DNA from: a bacterium
GTDB taxonomy: Bacteria > Patescibacteriota > Minisyncoccia > Phycocordibacterales > UBA2100
Direction: 5' to 3'
Assembly (NCBI GenBank): GCA_021781955.1
Contig: JAJXVV010000004.1
Coordinates: forward strand, 1,739 to 65,738
DNA: 64,000 nucleotides
The position numbers and the translations under genes were made by a program. The notes beneath the pieces are model-generated. The model ran no database searches, was not told the origin of the DNA, and saw only the letters and a list, made by a program, of their open reading frames with translations. Below, one piece after another: positions 57,130 through 64,000 of this stretch. Positions within the stretch are counted from its first letter, which is position 1, and each line of letters starts with the position of its first letter.

Positions 57130-58689
57130 ATGAGGCCCGCGACTATCAGACCGCTCAAGGAGATCCTCGCCGCCATGTCGAACAAAAGCGAGGCCGATGT
57201 CGCGCTCGTGACGAAAGCGTACGAGTTCGCGCAAGACGCGCACAAGGAACAGCGCCGGTACTCCGGCGACTCGTACTTCGTTCACCCGGCGGAGGTGGGC
57301 TACTTGCTCGCGGGCCTTGGCATGGACGCGCAGACGATCGCCGCCGGCCTCTTGCACGACACGATCGAGGACGCGGGCGTAAAACCGCAGACCATGACGG
57401 AACTTTTCGGCATCGACGTCCTCACGCTTGTCGAAGGCGTTACTAAATTGGGCGCGCTTCGCTACCGCGGACTTGAACGGCACACAGAGAGCTTGCGCAA
57501 ACTCTTTGCTGCGACTGCCAAAGACATCCGCGTGCTCATCATCAAGCTCATGGACCGCCTTCATAACGCTCGCACTCTCGCCTACGTACCCAATCCGGAG
57601 AAACGCGCACGCATCGCGCTCGAAACGCTCGAGATCTACGCGCCGATCGCTGATCGCCTCGGTATGTCAGTCGTGAAGCAAGAGCTCGAGGACGCGGCAT
57701 TCCCTCACGCCTATCCGAAAGAATACGAGAGAACGCACGAGCTTTTCGGCGAGCGCAAAGAAGAGGGCGAGGAACGCTTGCTGAAGGTCGAGAAGAACCT
57801 CAAGCGCGAGCTTGCTGGTGCTGGACTACGCACCTTCCGTACCGAAGCGCGTGTAAAAGGGCTCTACAGTCTGTTCCGCAAGCTCGAGCGCAAAGATTGG
57901 GACGCATCGAAGATACACGACATGCGAGCATTACGCGTCATCTTTCCGACGATAGCGGATTGCTATTCCGCCCTCGGGGTCATTCACGCGCACTGGCGTC
58001 CGGTACCGGGCAAGATAAAGGATTATATCGCCTTTCCCAAACCCAACGGCTACCAGAGCATCCACACGACCGTGTACACCGGCGACGGCGGCGCGATCGA
58101 GATCCAGCTGCGCACTGAGGCGCAGCATCGCGAGGCGCAGTACGGCATCGCGTCCCACCTCACGTACAAGGAGATCCAACAGGGTCGGTACGAGGGCAAG
58201 CGCGGCGGGCTCGAGTGGATACGGCAGTTCATCCCCACTCGCAGGCGAGCGGCTCAAGATGAGATGTTCGACGCCTCGAAGGCGATGCCCGAGTGGGTGC
58301 AGGAGCTCGCCGAGGTGCAGCGCGACCAGTCAGACGACGCGCACGACTCTTCAGAGGAGTACCTCGACACGCTCAAAACGGACTTTTTCAGCCACCGCGT
58401 GTTCGTCTTCACCCCGAACGGCGACGTCATCGACCTGCCTATCGCGGCGACCCCGATCGATTTCGCGTACGCAGTCCACTCCGATCTCGGCAACACCATG
58501 TCGGGAGCGAGGGTCAACGGCAAAATGGTCTCGCTCGACACCGAGCTCAAGAACGGCGACGTGGTCGAGGTCATTACGAAATCGACCGCGCACCCTTCGC
58601 GCAAGTGGTACGACATCGCGAAAACAAGCGTCGCGAAAAAACATATCCGTTCCGCTCTTGCGGCACAAGAGGCGAGACGAGGGATGTGA
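57130..58689 (+). CDS. RelA/SpoT family (p)ppGpp synthetase/hydrolase (HD-SYN-TGS, no ACT)
   Basis: LLHDTIED, DRLHN, KPNGYQSIHT, EIQLRT, TPIDFAY. Confidence 0.93.
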   Translation: MRPATIRPLKEILAAMSNKSEADVALVTKAYEFAQDAHKEQRRYSGDSYFVHPAEVGYLLAGLGMDAQTIAAGLLHDTIEDAGVKPQTMTELFGIDVLTLVEGVTKLGALRYRGLERHTESLRKLFAATAKDIRVLIIKLMDRLHNARTLAYVPNPEKRARIALETLEIYAPIADRLGMSVVKQELEDAAFPHAYPKEYERTHELFGERKEEGEERLLKVEKNLKRELAGAGLRTFRTEARVKGLYSLFRKLERKDWDASKIHDMRALRVIFPTIADCYSALGVIHAHWRPVPGKIKDYIAFPKPNGYQSIHTTVYTGDGGAIEIQLRTEAQHREAQYGIASHLTYKEIQQGRYEGKRGGLEWIRQFIPTRRRAAQDEMFDASKAMPEWVQELAEVQRDQSDDAHDSSEEYLDTLKTDFFSHRVFVFTPNGDVIDLPIAATPIDFAYAVHSDLGNTMSGARVNGKMVSLDTELKNGDVVEVITKSTAHPSRKWYDIAKTSVAKKHIRSALAAQEARRGM

Positions 58690-58697
58690 GTACGCTG

Positions 58698-59666
58698 CTA
58701 CACCGAAAAATTGCTGATCGAATAGAGGTCGTCCTCTTGCTTGGGTTCAGGCTGCTTGAGGGTCGCCGCTGGCTGAGATTCGCCGTCATCAGAGACGGGC
58801 GCGGCCGAGGTTTGCGACTCGTGCCGCGCATCGACGTGAGTCTCTCGTCCCCGCGAGAGAATGGTACGGATCTGCGCGAGATCATCGACAGAGAAGAAGT
58901 CGATGAGGACCTTGCCGCCCTGTTCTTTCTTCTCGATGCGCACTCGCGTACCGAGCTTCTCGGTGAGTTCCCGCTCAAGGAGCAGAAGTTCGGGCGTGAG
59001 GTCAGGCTTGCGCGTACGCTCGGTCGCGATACGGCGCGCCGCCTGTTCCGCATCACGCACCGTCATGCGGCGCGTGATGATCTCCTGGAAAAAGGTCTTC
59101 TGCTCCGCAGGGCGGTCGATGAGCATGAGGAGCGGCCGCGTATGGCCTTCCGATATCTCGCCCGTGCGAAGCGCCTGCTGCATCTCGTCGGACAACATGA
59201 GGATGCGCAGGGTGTTGGAAACGTATTCGCGGCTTTTGCCGACCCGCTTCCCGACCTCGATATGTTTCAAACCGAACTCCTTCACGAGGCGGTCGAACGC
59301 GAGCGCGCGGTCGACGACGTTGAGATCTTCGCGTTGGAGGTTCTCGATGATGGCGAGCTCGAGCTTCATGCGATCGGTGTCCCCCGCGCTGCGGATGACG
59401 ACCGGCACCTCGCGAATACCGGCGAGCTTGGCCGCTCGCAAGCGGCGTTCGCCCGCGATAAGTTCGTACTGTACCGAGATGCCCTCGCCCGGCCGTTCGG
59501 TCTCCTTACGCGTTACGGTAAGAGGCTGCAACACGCCATAGCTGCGGATAGATTCGGCGAGCGAGGCGAGCGCTGCTTCATCGAAGGTCTTGCGCGGTTG
59601 GAACGGATTTGGGTGGATGCGATCCACCTCGACCCAGAAAATGGAATCGCCTTGATAGGGGCTCAT
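58698..59666 (-). CDS. parB: ParB/Spo0J partition protein
   Basis: NPFQPR, IAGERRLRA, ENLQREDL, HTH. Confidence 0.94.
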   Translation of the reverse strand: MSPYQGDSIFWVEVDRIHPNPFQPRKTFDEAALASLAESIRSYGVLQPLTVTRKETERPGEGISVQYELIAGERRLRAAKLAGIREVPVVIRSAGDTDRMKLELAIIENLQREDLNVVDRALAFDRLVKEFGLKHIEVGKRVGKSREYVSNTLRILMLSDEMQQALRTGEISEGHTRPLLMLIDRPAEQKTFFQEIITRRMTVRDAEQAARRIATERTRKPDLTPELLLLERELTEKLGTRVRIEKKEQGGKVLIDFFSVDDLAQIRTILSRGRETHVDARHESQTSAAPVSDDGESQPAATLKQPEPKQEDDLYSISNFSV

Positions 59667-59761
59667 GCGGTGAGTATACCACGACGCGGTCGTTTGTTTT
59701 TTCCACAAAAAACCATACACTAAGGCTTCAGGTCCCCCTTCGCTCGAGTTTTGGGGACGAT

Positions 59762-59843
59762 GCCGGGGTGGCGGAATTGGTAGACGCGCACGACTCAAAA
59801 TCGTGTATCGCAAGGTGTGAGGGTTCGAGTCCCTCTCCCGGCA
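59762..59843 (+). tRNA. tRNA-Leu(CAA)
   Basis: Anticodon loop CTCAAAA, long variable arm, T loop TTCGAGT. Confidence 0.94.
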
Positions 59844-59861
59844 CTGCTATACTAGTGACGT

Positions 59862-60227
59862 ATGATTCCATTTTTCTACATGTTCTACCGGTTCGGGCGA
59901 AGCGTATGGGCGTCACTGAAAGACCCGGAGTTCGAGGCGCTCTTTACGCTCATGCTCATCGTGCTCAGCGTCGGTACGCTTTTTTATCACGAGGCCGAGG
60001 GCTGGGGTTGGCTCGATTCGCTCTTTTTCAGCGTGACAACGCTCACGACCGTTGGCTACGGCAACCTTGTACCACACACCGCGATCGGCAAAATATTCAC
60101 CATTGCATACCTCTTCGTCGGCATCGGCGTTCTGCTCGGATTCATCAACTTCGTCGCTGACCACGCCATCAAGGAGCATAAGGATTCGAGCATTTTTCCA
60201 TGGCGCAAAAACTCCTCGTCATCGTAG
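59862..60227 (+). CDS. Two-TM potassium channel family protein
   Basis: Selectivity filter TTVGYG. Confidence 0.9.
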   Translation: MIPFFYMFYRFGRSVWASLKDPEFEALFTLMLIVLSVGTLFYHEAEGWGWLDSLFFSVTTLTTVGYGNLVPHTAIGKIFTIAYLFVGIGVLLGFINFVADHAIKEHKDSSIFPWRKNSSSS

Positions 60228-61123
60228 GACCGACCTCTTCCGGCAAATCCGCGCTCGCTGTCGAGCTCGCAAGAAAGTTCAGCGGGGAGGTCATCTCGGC
60301 CGATTCGCGCCAGGTGTACCGCGGCCTTAATATCGGCACCGGAAAGATCACGGCGCGCGAGATGCGGGGCGTGCGGCATCACCTTCTCGACGTGGCGTCG
60401 CCAAAGCAGGTCTTCACCGCACACGATTTCATGATGAAAGCCCGCGGCGCGATATCTTCGATATCGCGCCGCGACCGCTTTCCCATCGTTGCCGGCGGTA
60501 CCGGCTTTTACATCGACGCATTGCTCGACCGCGTCATACTGCCTGACGTTCCCGCCGACCCTGCCTTCCGCCGCCTGCATGAGGACGCCTCGGCCGCAGA
60601 ACTATTCCGCATTTTGCGGAAGATCGACCATGATCGTGCGGGGACGATCGACCCGCACAACAAGCCCCGGCTCATCCGCGCGCTTGAGATAGCTCGCGCG
60701 CTTGGCAAGGCCCCCCGCACTCCAGAGGACGGTCCTCTGTATGAGGCGCTCTGGATAGGTCTCGACCTGCCGAAAGAAGAGCTTGATAAAAAGATCGATG
60801 CGCGTCTCAAGACCCGTATGAAGCAAGGCATGCTCGCCGAAGCGAGAAGGTTGCACGCAGGAGGATTGAGCTATGCGCGCATGGAAGCGCTCGGGCTCGA
60901 ATACCGCTCCATGGCTCGCCTCTTGCAAAAGAAAGTGACGCGCGAGCAAATGACGGACGAGCTGTCTCGCGCCATAAAACAATATGCGAAACGCCAGCGC
61001 ACCTATTGGCAACGCAATAAAGAAATCCGATGGTTCTCGCCTAACGATGCCGCGGCGGTCGAAGAGGTCGTACGCGCATGGGCAACGAACTCTCCGGACA
61101 TTCTCGGTGCTCGCACCCTTTAA
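60200..61123 (+). CDS. miaA: tRNA dimethylallyltransferase
   Basis: GPTSSGKS, SADSRQVY, HHLLD, GGTGFY, YAKRQ. Confidence 0.96.
   Translation: MAQKLLVIVGPTSSGKSALAVELARKFSGEVISADSRQVYRGLNIGTGKITAREMRGVRHHLLDVASPKQVFTAHDFMMKARGAISSISRRDRFPIVAGGTGFYIDALLDRVILPDVPADPAFRRLHEDASAAELFRILRKIDHDRAGTIDPHNKPRLIRALEIARALGKAPRTPEDGPLYEALWIGLDLPKEELDKKIDARLKTRMKQGMLAEARRLHAGGLSYARMEALGLEYRSMARLLQKKVTREQMTDELSRAIKQYAKRQRTYWQRNKEIRWFSPNDAAAVEEVVRAWATNSPDILGARTL
60723..60739. repeat. 17-bp palindrome, copy 3 (inside miaA)
   Basis: CAGAGGACGGTCCTCTG; read as PEDGPL in MiaA. Confidence 0.85.
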
Positions 61124-62289
61124 AACGTCGCGAAGGTCGAATTCATCTTCTTTTGGAATGCCGCGCCGCGCTGCTTCTGAAAGTCCAAGAAATCCGCAAA
61201 CTCCTCGTCGAGGAGGCCTCGGCCTTCCGCGAACTGCATCAAAAAGAAGTCGGGATATTCGTTCATCTCGATGATCATCGGGCCATGCTCGGTGCATGCG
61301 ATATCCCAGCCGATGAGCGGCACGGAGCGCATGAGCCGGGCGCCGTCGAGCGCGACGGCACACATCTCTTGCCATTGCGGATGCTCCACACCGATCAGGC
61401 GTGTGCCCGTATCCGGATGCGCTTCGTGCTGTTTCGCATCGACACCGGAGCCCGACGTGACGCGCTTCACACGCCCATTCGAGGGATCGATCGATGCGAG
61501 CAAATTGCCCTCCCTCCAGTAGTTGTCCGCAACGTTCGCGCCAGCGGGTATCTTCCAAGCGGCACGGATCGTCTGAACGCCGCTACGCGATGCGATCGTC
61601 AGAAAGCGTACGCTCGCGATACGCCTCCCGCAGACGGTCGCCACCTCGGCATGCGGGGCAATGAGCTCTTGGAAGAGGTACCCGCTCTCGTAATTCTCTA
61701 TGATGTCCGCAGCGAGCTTCTCGATGGGCAGGCGCTCGCCATCCGTCTTTTCGACACGCGTTCCATCCGTCGCCACGAGCGCGATCGATCCGAGGCTGTT
61801 GGAACCTTCCGCTGGTTTACCGAAGAGCGGATACACATCCGCTCGCTTCAAAAACCCCTCGATATCGGCACGGTCCGATAGGAGCGTGCCGCTGCGACGC
61901 GATCCCGGCGCGTATATCGCTTTGATCGGGATCACGGGGAGACCGAACGCGTTCAGGTAGCTCTGCGAGAGTATCTTGTTCTGCAAAACTCCGAGCCAGT
62001 CGCGACGGTAATTGGCCTCGAAGCATATATCCCGATTCCGGCGCTTGCCCACGAACATGGCTCGATCGCCTTCTTTGCACCACTCGTCGTCGAAGAGGCG
62101 CAGCTCGATATAGTCCGAAGGAGAGATCTTGCCCGGACCCTTCGCGAGACGGCCGTATTCCATCATGATCTGCATCGGGCTTTTCTTCGCGGCCGCAGCG
62201 ACGCGCTGCATTTGCGCGGCCAACGCCATCATCGAATCATCTTCATGATCTCGCGTGATCGAGAACGATCTCGTGTGTGTATCGCTCAT
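61120..62289 (-). CDS. Sugar-transfer-associated type ATP-grasp protein
   Basis: KPAEGSNS.G, FQE.I.PH, DN, HPDTG, IGWDIA, IEMN; TGgTAGCAT 7 nt before MSDTH. Confidence 0.8.
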   Translation of the reverse strand: MSDTHTRSFSITRDHEDDSMMALAAQMQRVAAAAKKSPMQIMMEYGRLAKGPGKISPSDYIELRLFDDEWCKEGDRAMFVGKRRNRDICFEANYRRDWLGVLQNKILSQSYLNAFGLPVIPIKAIYAPGSRRSGTLLSDRADIEGFLKRADVYPLFGKPAEGSNSLGSIALVATDGTRVEKTDGERLPIEKLAADIIENYESGYLFQELIAPHAEVATVCGRRIASVRFLTIASRSGVQTIRAAWKIPAGANVADNYWREGNLLASIDPSNGRVKRVTSGSGVDAKQHEAHPDTGTRLIGVEHPQWQEMCAVALDGARLMRSVPLIGWDIACTEHGPMIIEMNEYPDFFLMQFAEGRGLLDEEFADFLDFQKQRGAAFQKKMNSTFATF

Positions 62290-62346
62290 GCGAGCCATGC
62301 TACCACAAAGATCCCGCCGGTGAGTTTATCCATGAGCGACAGCGCC

Positions 62347-63031
62347 CAGCCGAGGAGAAAATCAAACGCCACAAAAACGGAAACGTCCACGTATACGTTT
62401 ACTACCGCTGCACGAAGCGCATCGATGAGAAGTGCCCACAAAAGACGGTGGAACTCGCGGAACTTACCCGGCAGGCCGATCTCATCATCCGCGGCCTCAC
62501 GATCTCGGACGCATTCAGGAATTGGGCTATCAAGTACTTACATGAGGTGCGAAAGGTAGAAGCGAAATCGCACGAACAAATCGTGAGCAACAAACAAAAA
62601 CGTATCCTGGAAATCACCAAGCAAGTTGACGCTCTCTTGTTGCGCTATACGTCCCCAGCAAACGCCGCAGGAGACCTTATAAGCGACATGGAGTACAAGA
62701 ACGCGAGAAACACCCTGTTGGATGAGCGGCGCGTACTGGAGAGCGATTTACAGACCGAGGGCGCGGCAATTGAGAAGTGGTTGGAGTTGAGCGAGCGCAC
62801 CTTCAATTTCGCTCGCTACGCATCCGTGTGGTTCTTCAAAGGCGAAAACCGTTCCGACTGCTATTCGAGAACCTCGATGAGATAGAAAAGGAAATGGTAT
62901 CGGTTAGAACTCCCGACAACGGCTCAACACAAGGACAAATGGTTTCATTTGTCGACGAAAATCTCTCTAGGCGGGCGCTGAGGGAATCGAACCCCCACTG
63001 GCGGTTTTGGAGACCGCTGTTCTACCACTAA
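62347..63031 (+). pseudogene. Degenerate large serine recombinase, C-terminal part
   Basis: Half zinc ribbon (AEEKIKRHKNGNVHVYVYYRCTK...C) and coiled coil; catalytic domain absent; frame break near 62845; last segment runs antisense through tRNA-Trp. Confidence 0.7.
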
Positions 63032-63042
63032 ACTAAGCGCCC
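62972..63042 (-). tRNA. tRNA-Trp(CCA)
   Basis: Acceptor GGGCGCT/AGCGCCC, anticodon loop CTCCAAA. Confidence 0.94.
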
Positions 63043-63081
63043 TGTGCGCCTGAGTATAGCCCGAGAGCGACTATAGCGCGA

Positions 63082-63240
63082 CTATTTCTTCACCTCCTTG
63101 TGAGGCGTGTGAGCGCGGCACCACTTGCAGTACTTCTTGAGCTCGATCTTGCGCTCGACGAGCTTCCGGTTCTTGCGCGACCAGTAGTTGATGCGGCCGC
63201 ACTTCGTGCACGCCAATTTGATGAGTTGATCCTGCGACAT
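63082..63240 (-). CDS. rpmG: 50S ribosomal protein L33
   Basis: IKLACTKC...NY...KN...ELKKYCKWCRAHT.HKE. Confidence 0.96.
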   Translation of the reverse strand: MSQDQLIKLACTKCGRINYWSRKNRKLVERKIELKKYCKWCRAHTPHKEVKK

Positions 63241-63283
63241 AACGCCGAGCACTATACGGCAAATGAGGCGAGCGCGCAACCCG

Positions 63284-63670
63284 CTAGCAGAGGTTGCTCC
63301 AAGGCAGGAGCGACGTGCCCGTCAGCGAGCGTAAGACGATATCGATGACGAGCCAGGCGGCCACGATAATAACGAGCCCGATCACGACGTCGCCGAAAAG
63401 CGTTTTGGCCCTCGACACGCCGCTTGGATTGGTTGCATTGGTGAGATACATGAAACCCGCCCAGGCGAAGAGCACGGCCGAGAGCACGACCGCGAGGTAA
63501 ATGCCCGCATTAAGGATGTTCTGCGCGAGCTTCGCGAGGTCGCATACCGTGCAGGCGCTCTGCCCGGTGCCGCCGCACGTGACGATGGTGGGTATCCCGG
63601 CCGCGAGCGCGAGCGAAGGCGCGAACGCCACGACCATTGCCACGAGCCGCATTCCCCTCCCGAATCTCAT
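63284..63670 (-). CDS. TrbC/VirB2-like (CPR-type) pilin
   Basis: Signal peptide, Cys-rich loop, two hydrophobic helices, AGFMY...AK...VIG...AAWLVI. Confidence 0.75.
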   Translation of the reverse strand: MRFGRGMRLVAMVVAFAPSLALAAGIPTIVTCGGTGQSACTVCDLAKLAQNILNAGIYLAVVLSAVLFAWAGFMYLTNATNPSGVSRAKTLFGDVVIGLVIIVAAWLVIDIVLRSLTGTSLLPWSNLC

Positions 63671-63716
63671 GGGGAGATTGTACCATGGCCAAAAATGCGG
63701 CATACTGGTGACGTGC

Positions 63717-63802
63717 GCGTCGGTGGTAGAGCGGTCAATTACACCGCGCTGTAGACGCGGCGGCTTCGGCCTACGGGGGTTCGAATCCCTCCCGACGCAC
63801 CA
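63717..63802 (+). tRNA. tRNA-Tyr(GUA)
   Basis: Acceptor GCGTCGG/CCGACGC, anticodon loop CTGTAGA, long variable arm, encoded CCA. Confidence 0.93.
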
Positions 63803-63840
63803 AAACAAAAGCACCATCGTCCGATGGTGTTTTTGTTTTT
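63803..63840. terminator. Bidirectional intrinsic terminator
   Basis: AAACAAAAGCACCATCG-TC-CGATGGTGTTTTTGTTTTT. Confidence 0.8.
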
Positions 63841-63862
63841 GATCATCTGCAACCTCATCTTC

Positions 63863-64000
63863 TCACTGGGTCGTTGACGAGGCTGTGCCGGAGATCATCG
63901 CATCGATCTCCGCCATTAGCACCTTGAGTTGAGCTTCCAGAGACTGAATAAGCGCGGTTCTTTGGGCATCAGTGAGAGTGCTTGATGTAGCCGTGGTCGT
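63863..64000 (-). CDS. 3' end of a probable surface/secreted protein (partial)
   Basis: Open frame TTTATSSTLTDAQRTALIQSLEAQLKVLMAEIDAMISGTASSTTQ*. Confidence 0.6.
   Translation of the reverse strand, partial: TTTATSSTLTDAQRTALIQSLEAQLKVLMAEIDAMISGTASSTTQ

Noticed and set aside
59667-59761. Canonical parS or oriC near parB
   Set aside because: No TGTTTCACGTGAAACA-like site; only isolated imperfect DnaA-box-like words (about 13512, 39987, 59699), no cluster

Overview
GC-rich, densely coding bacterial chromosome segment. By inference from gene content it is a Patescibacteria (CPR, Parcubacteria-like) genome: CPR-type pilin, shortened UvrC/UvrA/Obg/DnaX/Rel proteins and very short intergenic spaces, read with standard code 11. 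It carries housekeeping genes (recR, rplU, rpmG, uvrABC, ddl, murB, tyrS, lysS, serS, topA, dnaX, parB, obg, miaA, eno, gpmA) and five tRNAs (Ala, Gln, Leu, Trp, Tyr). It also has three efflux-type transporter modules, an undecaprenyl-phosphate recycling cluster, scattered nucleotide biosynthesis genes (carAB, pyrB, purF) and a degenerate large serine recombinase at tRNA-Trp. The strongest non-annotated signals are: (1) an identical 17-bp palindrome CAGAGGAC(C/G)GTCCTCTG in three copies, two of them inside uvrB and miaA; (2) pervasive extended -10 boxes 6-8 nt before start codons without Shine-Dalgarno sites, suggesting leaderless transcription; (3) a 118-nt three-way-junction structure whose G-U pairs work only antisense to the efflux operon; (4) a uORF/attenuator-like leader coupled to carA; (5) an in-frame rhodanese remnant after arsR; (6) an orphan di-heme cytochrome b6-like protein; (7) a minimal kinase plus small gene coupled to obg. 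No CRISPR array or rRNA was seen. All calls are by eye; no database searches were run.
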